Shown piece after piece: positions 8,765 through 19,157 of a DNA stretch of 32,000 bases; the stretch's first letter is position 1; each line of letters starts with the position of its first letter. The position numbers and the translations under genes were made by a program. A model generated the notes under the pieces. It saw only the letters and a program-made list of their open reading frames with translations, made no database searches and was not told where the DNA came from. The stretch spans positions 501,157 through 533,156 of the forward strand of contig OV696605.1 in assembly GCA_927797885.1 (NCBI GenBank). Reading direction: 5' to 3'. Source of the DNA: Gloeomargaritales cyanobacterium VI4D9 (GTDB taxonomy: Bacteria > Cyanobacteriota > Cyanobacteriia > Gloeomargaritales > Gloeomargaritaceae).

Positions 8765-9313
8765 TTAACGGCGTGACCATGCCCGTCCCGCCCACCAGAG
8801 CAGTGCGGCCAGAGCCAAACCCAGCCCCAACCACCCACCGCCCCCGGTGTGCAGACCACTGCCCAGCCACACCACCGGTGCCACCCCTACCACCGTGCCC
8901 GGCACCAAAGTTAAAAGATAGTCCCGCCAGGAGATACCCACTAACCCCGCCCCGTAGTTCACCAAGCCGTAGGGGAAGATCGGCAGGAGGCGCACCCAAA
9001 ACAACACCCACCCCCCCCGCCGGTGCAAATGCTTTTGTAAACGACCCCAGTGCCGTCCCAACCGCCGTTTTACCCAACCCTGCCCCACCCCCCGTGCCAG
9101 GGCGAACCCCACCACCGCCGCTAACCAAGCCCCCACCACCGTCCAGAGCAGTCCCCAGCCCGGCCCAAACAGCAACCCAGCGGTCAGATTCAAGGGTGTG
9201 GTCGGCAACAGGGCTAGGGTCGTGACCATGTACACCAGGATATACAGCCCCGCCCCCCAGGTTCCCGTTTGCTCAACCCACTGGGTTAGATGCTCGGTTA
9301 CATTCCCGACCAT
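8765..9313 (-). CDS. TVP38/TMEM64 (DedA/SNARE-associated) family membrane protein
   Basis: The family-typical stretch is LLPTTPLNLTAGLLFGPGWGLLWTVVGAWLAAVVGFALAR...LLPIFPYGLVNYGAGL. Confidence 0.7.
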   Translation of the reverse strand: MVGNVTEHLTQWVEQTGTWGAGLYILVYMVTTLALLPTTPLNLTAGLLFGPGWGLLWTVVGAWLAAVVGFALARGVGQGWVKRRLGRHWGRLQKHLHRRGGWVLFWVRLLPIFPYGLVNYGAGLVGISWRDYLLTLVPGTVVGVAPVVWLGSGLHTGGGGWLGLGLALAALLWWAGRAWSRR

Positions 9314-9377
9314 TTCATCTTGAAAATAAAAATAATTGTGTCACTCTGTTGCCGTTGGATTTGATTGTAGAGAAACC

Positions 9378-10085
9378 ATGCCCTCGTTTTCCCTACCAGC
9401 GGACTGGCCGACCACCATCCCCGCCGCCCAAGCCCTGCAAACCCAGTTGGCAACCCAGGTGCAAACCGTTGACGACCTGCCCCCCATTCACTATGTCGCC
9501 GGGGTGGATGTGGGCTTTGTGGAGGGCAATCGGGTGGCTCGGGCGGCGATTGCGGTCCTGAGTTACCCGGAGTTGCGCCTGCACGACCAAAGCGTCGCCT
9601 GCCTGCCCGTCACCTTTCCCTATGTCCCCGGTTTGCTCTCCTTTCGGGAAATCCCCGTGATCCTGCACGCCCTCAACCAACTACACCACCTGCCGGAGGT
9701 GCTCCTGTGCGATGGGCAAGGGTTGGCCCATCCCCGCCGCTGTGGCATTGCCTGCCATTTGGGATTATTAACCGGCATTCCCACCATTGGGGTCGCCAAA
9801 TCCCGCTTAGTGGGACACCATACCCCGGTGGGGGAAACCCGGGGGGACTGGCAACCCTTGCGGGATCAAAATGAAACCATCGGCGCCGCCCTGCGTACCC
9901 GTCCCGGCACCCAACCCCTCTACATCTCCCCCGGTCACCGGGTCAGCTTAGAAACGAGCATCGCCTATGTTTTGAATTGCACCCGCCGTTACCGCCTGCC
10001 CGAAACCACCCGCTGGGCGCATAAACTCGCCTCCCAACGCCCTCTCCCCCTCTTCCCCACCCCGCCAGAAAATAAAGTTTTGTAA
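9378..10085 (+). CDS. nfi: Endonuclease V
   Basis: Motifs seen are [22 protein letters not shown] and [21 protein letters not shown] placed the start at the ATG at 9378 (MPSFSLP); the longest ORF begins at a non-ATG codon at 9336. Confidence 0.85.
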   Translation: MPSFSLPADWPTTIPAAQALQTQLATQVQTVDDLPPIHYVAGVDVGFVEGNRVARAAIAVLSYPELRLHDQSVACLPVTFPYVPGLLSFREIPVILHALNQLHHLPEVLLCDGQGLAHPRRCGIACHLGLLTGIPTIGVAKSRLVGHHTPVGETRGDWQPLRDQNETIGAALRTRPGTQPLYISPGHRVSLETSIAYVLNCTRRYRLPETTRWAHKLASQRPLPLFPTPPENKVL

Positions 10086-10114
10086 CAAAAATAGCGTCAA
10101 ACCAGCATACCAGC

Positions 10115-10144
10115 TTGACGGTGGGGGGAACGGTTGATTACAGT
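10115..10144 (+). promoter_or_regulatory. Candidate sigma70-type promoter for the RHH/ycf46/ycf35 cluster
   Basis: TTGACG (10115-10120) is followed by an 18-nt spacer and TACAGT (10139-10144), about 25 nt upstream of the ATG at 10170. The -35 hexamer is also the 3' arm of the inverted repeat cgtcaa-N14-ttgacg. Confidence 0.3.
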
Positions 10145-10169
10145 AGGGTCACCCGGGTATGAGTTCCCT

Positions 10170-10478
10170 ATGTCAGACAAACACAAGGTTACGATTTATC
10201 TATCCCCCGAGTTGCACCGCCAATTAAAGATTCGGTCGGCGGTGGAGTCGGAACCCATGTCGGCGATGGTGGAGCAGGCGGTGGCGTTTTATCTCTCCCA
10301 TCCCCAGGTGGTGGCGGGGCAATGTGGGCACACCCATGTGGTGCATCACTGCCCTGAGTGTGAAACGGCGGTGGTATTGCGCGAAGGGCAGTTGGTCTCT
10401 TTGCGGGAGGCTACGGAGGCGGTTTTACCCGACCCGGTGCCGAATTTTGCCCCCCGTGAGGTGTTGATTCCCTGTTAA
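10170..10478 (+). CDS. Small ribbon-helix-helix-like protein with a C-terminal Cys/His cluster
   Basis: MSDKHKVTIYLSPELHRQLKIRSAVESEPMSAMVEQAVAFYLSH reads as a strand-helix-helix (CopG/ParG-like) pattern. It is followed by CGHTHVVHHCPEC, a possible zinc site. The gene ends 24 nt before the AAA+ gene. Confidence 0.55.
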   Translation: MSDKHKVTIYLSPELHRQLKIRSAVESEPMSAMVEQAVAFYLSHPQVVAGQCGHTHVVHHCPECETAVVLREGQLVSLREATEAVLPDPVPNFAPREVLIPC

Positions 10479-10502
10479 ATTCGCTCGTGCGAGGCTGGTG
10501 TC

Positions 10503-12017
10503 ATGTCCGATGAGTTGGTCACATTAATTAAGGCGCAGTACCCGTTGATCTACGTGGTCACCCCGGAGGAGGAGCGGGCGGAGCAATGGATTGTGCAATC
10601 CGCTCAGGAATCCCGGGTGGCGCCCCGGGTCTTTACCTGGACGGTGACCCACGGACTGTTGGAGTACGGGCATCCCCGCAACCACAGCCAGCACCACAAT
10701 ACGGTTTCCCCGGAGACGGCGTTGGATTGGGTGATTCGCCACAAGGAGCCAGGGGTTTTTATTTTCAAGGATTTGCACCCGTTTACGGACTCCCCGGCGG
10801 TGAATCGCTGGTTACGGGATGCGGTGGCGAGTTTCCGGGGCACCCGCAAGACGATTATTTTGCTCTCGCCGGTGTTGCAGGTGCCGGTGGAGTTGGAAAA
10901 GGAAGTGGTGGTGTTGGATTTTCCCCTACCTTCGGCGGCGCAGTTGGGGGAAGTTTTGAATCAGCAGTTGGCGCAGGTGAAGCAAACCCGGTTGGAGCGC
11001 AGTGTGCGGGAAAAATTGATTGCCGCTGCCCAAGGGTTAACTCAGGATGAGGCGGAAAAGGTCTTTCGCAAGGCGCAGGTGCTCTCCGGGCGGTTGACGG
11101 AGGCGGAAGTGGCGGTGGTGACTGCGGAGAAAAAGCAGTTGATCCGGCGCAATGGGATTTTGGAGTACATCGAGGAGGAAGCCACCCTAGAGCAGGTGGG
11201 GGGGTTGGAGGAATTGAAACGCTGGTTGCGGCAACGTTCCCAGGCGTTTACGGAGCGGGCACGGCAGTACGGTCTGCCCCAACCGAAGGGGATGTTGATC
11301 CTGGGGGTGCCGGGATGCGGGAAGTCTCTGATTGCCAAAACCACCTCCCGGTTGTGGGAGTTGCCCCTGTTGCGGTTGGACATGGGGCGGATTTACGACG
11401 GTTCGACGGTGGGGCGGTCGGAGGCGAATTTACGCAGTGCCCTGAAGACGGCGGAGTCCATTGCCCCGGTGATTTTATTTATTGATGAATTGGACAAGGC
11501 GTTTGCCGGGTCGGCGGGGTCGGCGGACAGTGATGGGGGTACGTCTTCCCGGATTTTTGGCAGTTTCCTGACCTGGATGCAGGACAAAACCTCACCCGTA
11601 TTCGTGATGGCGACGGCGAACCGGGTGGACAAATTGCCGGGGGAATTTTTGCGGAAAGGTCGGTTTGATGAAATTTTCTTTGTGGATTTGCCCAACTTGG
11701 AGGAACGGCGGGAAATTTTCCGCATTCATTTGACCCGCCGTCGTCCTGACATTGACCGGTTTGATTTGGATCAATTAGCGAAGGTTTCCGATGGGTTTTC
11801 CGGGGCGGAGATTGAGCAGGCGGTGATTGCGGCGATGTACGATGCCTTTGCCCAAGACCGGGAATTTACCCAGTTGGACATTATTGCGGCGGTGAAGGCG
11901 ACCCTCCCCTTGTCCCGGACGATGACGGAGCAGGTGACGGCTCTACGGGATTGGGCGAAACAGCGGGCGCGGCCGGCGGCGGCTTCAGTGGCTGAATATC
12001 AGCGGCTGGAGTTTTAA
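10503..12017 (+). CDS. ycf46: AAA+ ATPase of the Ycf46 type
   Basis: The N-terminal LIKAQYPLIYVVTPEEERAE is characteristic of Ycf46-like proteins. It also has Walker A GVPGCGKS, Walker B ILFIDELDKA and the second region of homology ATANRVDKLPGEFLRKGRFDE. Confidence 0.8.
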   Translation: MSDELVTLIKAQYPLIYVVTPEEERAEQWIVQSAQESRVAPRVFTWTVTHGLLEYGHPRNHSQHHNTVSPETALDWVIRHKEPGVFIFKDLHPFTDSPAVNRWLRDAVASFRGTRKTIILLSPVLQVPVELEKEVVVLDFPLPSAAQLGEVLNQQLAQVKQTRLERSVREKLIAAAQGLTQDEAEKVFRKAQVLSGRLTEAEVAVVTAEKKQLIRRNGILEYIEEEATLEQVGGLEELKRWLRQRSQAFTERARQYGLPQPKGMLILGVPGCGKSLIAKTTSRLWELPLLRLDMGRIYDGSTVGRSEANLRSALKTAESIAPVILFIDELDKAFAGSAGSADSDGGTSSRIFGSFLTWMQDKTSPVFVMATANRVDKLPGEFLRKGRFDEIFFVDLPNLEERREIFRIHLTRRRPDIDRFDLDQLAKVSDGFSGAEIEQAVIAAMYDAFAQDREFTQLDIIAAVKATLPLSRTMTEQVTALRDWAKQRARPAAASVAEYQRLEF

Positions 12018-12088
12018 CAGGCTTTTGACCCCACCGGGTCAGAAGGCTCGTTTCTAACGAGCAGTTCATCTCAAACCAAGACACTCTC

Positions 12089-12094
12089 AGGAGG
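12089..12094 (+). promoter_or_regulatory. Shine-Dalgarno sequence of ycf35
   Basis: AGGAGG lies 8 nt upstream of the ATG at 12103. Confidence 0.6.
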
Positions 12095-12102
12095 ATAATC
12101 TC

Positions 12103-12456
12103 ATGTCTCACTTCAGCACCCTGCGGACCAAGGTTACCGAAGCCGAAGTTCTGAAAAACTCCCTGCGCGACCTGGGCTTGCAAGTCAAGACCAACGCCGA
12201 TGTGCGTGGCTACAACGGGCAACGCGTGCGGGCTGACATCGTGGCCGTTCTGGAAGGTGAATACGACCTGGGCTGGTCTCGCAACGCCGACGGGAGCTTC
12301 GACCTGATCGCTGACCTGTGGGGGGTGGCCAAAAAGTACAACCAAACTGAGTTGATCAATTCCATCAACCAGAAGTACGCCATCAACAAAACCCTGGCGG
12401 AAGTGAAGCGGCCTGGTCTGCAAAACGCCAATGTGAAACTGGTGGTGCAAAAGTAA
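12103..12456 (+). CDS. ycf35: DUF1257 / Ycf35-family protein
   Basis: MSHFSTLRTKVTEAEVLKNSLRDLGL...DLIADLWGVAKKYNQTELINSINQKYA matches my memory of the Ycf35 (DUF1257) family. It is adjacent to ycf46. Confidence 0.7.
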   Translation: MSHFSTLRTKVTEAEVLKNSLRDLGLQVKTNADVRGYNGQRVRADIVAVLEGEYDLGWSRNADGSFDLIADLWGVAKKYNQTELINSINQKYAINKTLAEVKRPGLQNANVKLVVQK

Positions 12457-12483
12457 ACACCTTTTGCGTTCCCAATGGTGTTG

Positions 12484-12514
12484 CGGGTTGGTTCCCCTGA
12501 GCCAGCCCGTTTTT
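12484..12514 (+). terminator. Rho-independent terminator after ycf35
   Basis: Stem cgggttgg / ccagcccg is 8 bp with one G-U pair, with a 10-nt loop and then TTTTT (12510-12514). Confidence 0.65.
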
Positions 12515-12617
12515 ATTAGCATTATCACAGGAAGTTAACATACAGTTGGATGCAGTGATTGGTGGCTCTCTTAGATTTAGATTTGCGGTTAAATGGTATA
12601 GAACCGGCGGGCTGAAA

Positions 12618-13979
12618 TTAAGTATGAACTCTGCTTAACCATATAGGTTGCGGCTTTTGGGTGGGCAGATCAAACAGGGTTAATTGTTGGGTAGTGAGAA
12701 AAGGACTACCCGCTAAGGCCTCTTGACCCAGGTCAATTTGTGCATCAATCTGATTCAACAAAGCCACGAGACTGCAACCTACGGCATGGGCTAAATTGAC
12801 GGGTACCGCATTGCCAATTTGTTTGTATTGACTCGCTAGAGAACCGCAAAACTCCCAATCATCGGGAAAAGTTTGGATGCGGGCATATTCCCGAACCGTG
12901 AGGGGGCGGGTTTCGGTGGGATGACAGCGTTCGGTTTGTTTTTGCGCCGGGGCACAGGTCAAGGTCAAACTCGGTTCATCCCAAGATAAACGCCGTGCCA
13001 TCCCGGTTTTGCCTCCCCCTAAGAAATAACTGCCTTGCATATATTCCCTTTGGAGAGGCTCTGGCAAATCCCGCCAGTAACCCCCTGGGGGCACTTGGGA
13101 TAGGATATATCCCTTACGCTTGGGGTAGGTAGCTCCCGGGGAATCCGGTACATCCGTATCGTAGAGTTCTCCGGCTTTTAAGGCATCTTTGAGGGTGAGG
13201 ATGCGGTGATAGGGAGACGGCCAACGAAATCGGGCAAATTTGACTAAATCATTCCTAATTCCTACCAAAAATAGACGCTCTCGCTTCTGGGGCACCCGGT
13301 AGAATATTGCCTTTAATACTTGTGGCTCCACCAACGTGTACCCTAGTTCAAGAATAATTGCCTTAATTGTTGCCAGGGTTTTACCCCTATCATGGGTTAA
13401 TAAACCGCGGACATTTTCTGCTAAAAATATCTTGGGTTGTATTTCTTTAATCGCTCTTGCAAATTCAAAGAATAAGGTGCCCCGGGCATCTTCAAATCCC
13501 AACTTTTCCCCCGCATAGGAGAAGGCTTGACAGGGAAATCCCCCTGATACCAAATCTATATCAGTGAATTGGGTAAAATTTGTAGCTCTAGCATCTGCTT
13601 GAATAACAGACCATGCGGGGCGATTAAGTTTTAAGGTATGGCAACAATCCTTATCTAATTCATTCAAAGCCACTGTGATAAACCCAGCTTTTTCTAGGCC
13701 AAGAGCCAGCCCACCCGCTCCTGCAAATAGCTCTACTGCTAAAAAATTTCTGATTGGTTTAATTTTGATTTCTTCATCCCATTTTGTTTCTCTCATTCTT
13801 TGAATTTCTGGAAACTGACCCAATTGTGAAACCGGGTATAGCTTTCTTTTGGTAATGGGATCGATCATCGCTTGCAATATACCTTTTTTCTCCCACTTGT
13901 TCAAGGTGGACTTGGATACGGAGACAATATCAGCGAGTAATTCTGCCGATATAAACCCTTGGTCAAACATGGAATTCAT
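12618..13979 (-). CDS. DNA (cytosine-5) methyltransferase with an N-terminal HTH extension
   Basis: C5-MTase motifs are I ELFAGAGGLALG, IV GGFPCQAFS, VI LAENVRGL, VIII QKRERLFLVG, IX REYARIQTFPDDWEF and X GNAVPV. The first ~80 aa carry a MerR/excisionase-like HTH (LADIVSVSKSTLNKWEKKGIL). The DNA is AT-rich. The start overlaps the upstream R gene. Confidence 0.9.
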   Translation of the reverse strand: MNSMFDQGFISAELLADIVSVSKSTLNKWEKKGILQAMIDPITKRKLYPVSQLGQFPEIQRMRETKWDEEIKIKPIRNFLAVELFAGAGGLALGLEKAGFITVALNELDKDCCHTLKLNRPAWSVIQADARATNFTQFTDIDLVSGGFPCQAFSYAGEKLGFEDARGTLFFEFARAIKEIQPKIFLAENVRGLLTHDRGKTLATIKAIILELGYTLVEPQVLKAIFYRVPQKRERLFLVGIRNDLVKFARFRWPSPYHRILTLKDALKAGELYDTDVPDSPGATYPKRKGYILSQVPPGGYWRDLPEPLQREYMQGSYFLGGGKTGMARRLSWDEPSLTLTCAPAQKQTERCHPTETRPLTVREYARIQTFPDDWEFCGSLASQYKQIGNAVPVNLAHAVGCSLVALLNQIDAQIDLGQEALAGSPFLTTQQLTLFDLPTQKPQPIWLSRVHT

Positions 13980-14706
13980 TAAATCCTTCGTAGCTACTGA
14001 AAGAATGTAGATAAATGCTCTTCAAAAGATTAGAATCTATCTCTTCTGATTCTTGGATAACTGAGTTGGATGCCGTTTCAATAATGTAATCGTCTATCAC
14101 ATCACTGATGATAGTAGGTAATTTTTCACACAATTGTTTGAAAGCGATTTTATCACCTGTGACCAACTCATAGAATTTATCTATGGAGACTCGCCTAATT
14201 TTCTCATTAAATACCGATGAATCATCTACTGTCATTTTCCAGATGATGTTTTGACTTTTTTTGGCAATCACTTCCACAAGCATACAGGTGGCATTTGGAT
14301 GAGATAATAGGGTATTTTGCATTCTCATGTAAGTTTTTTGGGCAGAGGAAGAATTCATGGTGTTATGCTTGTTTTTGATTTCAACAAAATACATGAGCTG
14401 TGGATTGATGAGATGGTAGCCCTGTGCCGGTACTTGCCATCCGTTTCCTATGTAGCGAAATATATTCTGGTGAAAATAACCAATATGATTGGTATTGGAT
14501 TTGTCAATTTGTCTTAAAACTTCACTCTCGATCACAAACTCAATATCTTTTCTGTAAACTCCGACATCAAAGGTCAGCTTAATAGGGTCAGGTAAATTCT
14601 TCATAAATTCTTTCAAATCAATCGTGAATCTATATTTTTCGACGGTTTGCTTGACATGATTAAAAACATCTTGGTTACTTATAAATCCAAGGTTATAGTC
14701 TCGCAT
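13963..14706 (-). CDS. Type II restriction endonuclease, PD-(D/E)XK fold, probably Eco47II-like family
   Basis: It lies immediately upstream of, and overlaps, the C5-MTase gene. Motifs LRQIDKSNTNHIGYFHQ and FVEIKNKHNTMNSSS ((D/E)xK) resemble what I recall of Eco47II-family enzymes. One sampled 60-nt line had about 35% G+C by hand count. Confidence 0.65.
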   Translation of the reverse strand: MRDYNLGFISNQDVFNHVKQTVEKYRFTIDLKEFMKNLPDPIKLTFDVGVYRKDIEFVIESEVLRQIDKSNTNHIGYFHQNIFRYIGNGWQVPAQGYHLINPQLMYFVEIKNKHNTMNSSSAQKTYMRMQNTLLSHPNATCMLVEVIAKKSQNIIWKMTVDDSSVFNEKIRRVSIDKFYELVTGDKIAFKQLCEKLPTIISDVIDDYIIETASNSVIQESEEIDSNLLKSIYLHSFSSYEGFNEFHV

Positions 14707-14870
14707 ATTCCCGTTTGGATTGCCCAGCTACCCCATGATCATATAGTAATCCCACTCAAATTATTGAAATTTGGAATAGTCGTTGCGGAAATTTAGTTTT
14801 TCCTTCATTCTTAAACATCACCCGCTACCCAAACCCTTAGAACATGGCCACGAATACGGGAACGTCAGTA

Positions 14871-14957
14871 CGGAGAGGGGGGGATTTGAACCCCCGTTGG
14901 GTGTGACCCCAAACTTGATTTCGAGTCAAGCGCATTCAACCACTCTGCCACCTCTCC
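14871..14957 (-). tRNA. tRNA-Ser (anticodon CGA)
   Basis: The reverse complement folds by hand into a class II cloverleaf. Acceptor is GGAGAGG/CCTCTCC with G73. Anticodon stem is CTTGA/TCAAG with loop CT-CGA-AA. It has a long variable arm and a T arm GGGGG-TTCAAAT-CCCCC. No CCA is encoded. Confidence 0.9.
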
Positions 14958-15061
14958 AGGGGCATTCTCTATTATTAGCGGATTTATCAACCCCTGCGCT
15001 GGGATGCAAATGCCCCCAGGGGTGATACCCTAGTAGGGGGCGAGGCTTGCGCTCTTCGTAA

Positions 15062-16946
<1,885 letters not shown>

Positions 16947-16950
<4 letters not shown>

Positions 16951-17690
16951 TTGCGGTTGCCAGTTACACCCACCCGATTCCCCCGCCGACGGAACCCTTG
17001 CAGTACCGGGCGATTGGGGTATTGCGGGGTCGTTATGAACCTTCCCAGGAGCAATTTACAAAGGGCATTTTGACCACCCACGACGGGGTGCAGGTGGATG
17101 CGGTACTCCTGGGGCGGTTGATGACCTTGGTGAAAAAAAAGCTCGACCTGTCCCAGGAACACCTCTGGGTGGTTTATCCCCGCACCCGCAACAAACCCCG
17201 CACTAAGCCCGGAGAACCGGTGCCGGACACGCCCTTTTTGCCCTTGCACGTGCAGATGATGGGGGTGTGGGAACCGGGGGAACTGCACCCGGAGGAGGAG
17301 GACTTGGCTACCGGGGACATCCGAGTCGAGGAGGATTATTTCTCCGTGCGGGGGGAGGTGGTGCGCCAAAATCATCGGGCGGAAGTGGTCACGGTACGGA
17401 TTCGGCGGGCGCCCATGAATTTAACGGGAGCGGCGGAAACCTTCAAGCTGGAGTTGAAGGGCACGCTTCCCCAACCGGGCAAGGGGATGTTTTGGGATTT
17501 GCAGGTACAACGCCGGGGCACGGATTTGCTGATCCGGCAAGCCCATCAGGTGGCGGCGATTTTGCCCAACAAACCAGCGGCTCGCCGTCCTGACCCTGGT
17601 GCCCGCCCTTCCCGACCGCCAACGACCGCAGGGGGTGGTCGCCCTGTGCCCCGTCCCAAACCCGCACCCCCCAGTGCTGGAACCTCCTAA
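16947..17690 (+). CDS. Hypothetical protein translationally coupled to atpE, with a basic Pro/Arg-rich tail
   Basis: The ATG at 16947 overlaps the atpE TGA (ATGA). The sequence is MIAVASYTHPIPPPTEPLQYRAIGVLRGRYEPSQEQF...WVVYPRTRNKPRTKPGEP... with the C-terminal tail KPAARRPDPGARPSRPPTTAGGGRPVPRPKPAPP. The longer ORF from 16581 is a Gly-rich frame overlapping atpE and was rejected. Confidence 0.6.
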
Positions 17691-18240
17691 ACCCCAACTC
17701 CGGGCGTACTTACGGGGGCAACGGCAGAGCATTTCACCAGCCCAACATCGGCAATTCAGCCAGCAGGTCATCCACCATTTAACCCGCCATCCCCGCTGGC
17801 GGACAGCCCCACAGGTGTTTGGCTATGTGAGCATCCAGGGGGAACCGGATTTGGGGAGTTTGTGGGACGAGGGGGGCAAAATCTGGGGCTTACCCCGTCG
17901 TCACGGGCAGACCTTGCGCTGGCATTGCTGGCAGACCGGTACCCCTTTAATCGCAGGCACGATCCCGGAACCCGACCCTGAAACCCCGGTACTCATGCCC
18001 CAACCGGGGGATTTATTGCTCATCCCGGCACTTGCCTATGACCGGCAGGGCTATCGTTTAGGGTATGGGGGCGGTTATTTTGACCGGCTGTTGGCGCAAC
18101 CGGAGTGGCAGGGGGTGTACCGGGTGGGGATTATTTTTCAGGCATTTCTGCTGGGTGGATTGCCCCATGACCCCTGGGATCAGCGGGTGCAGGCGGTGTG
18201 TACCGAGCAGGGTTGGTGGGAGATAAGCCCGCCTGGGTGA
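17599..18240 (+). CDS. 5-formyltetrahydrofolate cyclo-ligase
   Basis: The family pattern is LRAYLRGQRQSIS...GYVSIQGEPD...LLLIPALAYDRQGYRLGYGGGYFDRLL. The start is uncertain: ATG 17599 overlaps the upstream gene by 92 nt, and an in-frame GTG at 17674 is an alternative. Confidence 0.8.
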   Translation: MPALPDRQRPQGVVALCPVPNPHPPVLEPPKPQLRAYLRGQRQSISPAQHRQFSQQVIHHLTRHPRWRTAPQVFGYVSIQGEPDLGSLWDEGGKIWGLPRRHGQTLRWHCWQTGTPLIAGTIPEPDPETPVLMPQPGDLLLIPALAYDRQGYRLGYGGGYFDRLLAQPEWQGVYRVGIIFQAFLLGGLPHDPWDQRVQAVCTEQGWWEISPPG

Positions 18241-19117
18241 GAATGTCCGGGATCAGGTCTTCCCGTTTGACCGCCATCAGATGCACCCCTTGGCAAAGTT
18301 GGCGCGCCCATTGCACCTGCTCGCTGGCGATGCGTATCCCTTCTTCTAGGGGATGGGCTGCCCGTTCCAAGCGTTGGATCAGGGCATCGGGAATCTTCAC
18401 CCCCGGCACATTTTTATTAATATAATGGGCGTTTTTGGCGGATTTGAGCAGAAAAATACCTGCTAAAATGGGGCGACCACACCCCTGAGCAATCTGGGTC
18501 ATGAACTTTTCTAAACGCTCAAAATCCACGATCATTTGACTTTGGAAAAATTGCGCCCCCGCTTGCAGTTTCCGTTCAAACCGCCTTTGTAATCCCGACC
18601 AACTCCCGGATTGGGGGTCAACGGCAGCACCGGGAAACAGATTTAACGCCCCGTCCGGCAAGGGTTGATTTTCGCTGTCCATACCCTGGTTGAGTTTTTG
18701 GATCACCTGCAAGAGGCGCACCGATTCGTAGTCATAAACTGCCTTGGCTTGGGGCTGATCTCCCGCCCGCACCGGGTCGCCGGTCAACGCCAGGACATTG
18801 CGAATGCCCAGGGCGTTGGCACCCATCAAATCCGCTTGCAGGGCAATGCGATTGCGATCCCGGCAGGCTAATTGATAAATCGGCTCCAGGTGATGCTTTT
18901 GTAATAAACTCGCCGCCGCCAGGGAACTCATGCGGAGGACAGCCCGACTGCCATCGGTGACATTGATGCCATGTACCCAGGGGTCTAAAAGCCGAGCCAT
19001 TTGGAGCATATGGGTGGGGTTCGCTCCCTTAGGGGGCATGACTTCGGCGGTGATGAGAAATTCCCCCCGTTGAATCCCCTGTTGCAAACGGCTGAGATGG
19101 GTCATGCAATTCCCCAT
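18131..19117 (-). CDS. metF: Methylenetetrahydrofolate reductase
   Basis: MetF-like sequence is FLITAEVMPPKGANP...INVTDGSRAVLRMSSLAAA...ALTGDP. The C-terminal ~36 codons overlap the convergent cyclo-ligase gene. Confidence 0.8.
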   Translation of the reverse strand: MGNCMTHLSRLQQGIQRGEFLITAEVMPPKGANPTHMLQMARLLDPWVHGINVTDGSRAVLRMSSLAAASLLQKHHLEPIYQLACRDRNRIALQADLMGANALGIRNVLALTGDPVRAGDQPQAKAVYDYESVRLLQVIQKLNQGMDSENQPLPDGALNLFPGAAVDPQSGSWSGLQRRFERKLQAGAQFFQSQMIVDFERLEKFMTQIAQGCGRPILAGIFLLKSAKNAHYINKNVPGVKIPDALIQRLERAAHPLEEGIRIASEQVQWARQLCQGVHLMAVKREDLIPDILTQAGLSPTNPARYTPPAPADPRGHGAIHPAEMPEK

Positions 19118-19157
19118 CCATAGGTAATGAAATTCATCAGCAAATTTATAGGTAAAT

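Noticed and set aside
8589-9128. 179-aa Gly-rich ORF, and the plus-strand Pro-rich ORF 8731..9225
   Set aside because: Both overlap the TVP38/DedA-family gene, whose translation is a coherent membrane protein. These frames are low-complexity.
9336-9377. Longer nfi start given by the ORF track
   Set aside because: It begins at a non-ATG codon and adds a Cys-rich 14-aa leader that is not typical of endonuclease V. The ATG at 9378 was preferred.
12457-12617. Looked for a duplicated tRNA-Ser 3' segment (att-type direct repeat) at the far boundary of the R-M islet
   Set aside because: No copy of ggggttcaaatcccccctctccg or its complement is present. Only a weak ttgcgg..aaat similarity to 14783-14797 was seen, which I consider chance.
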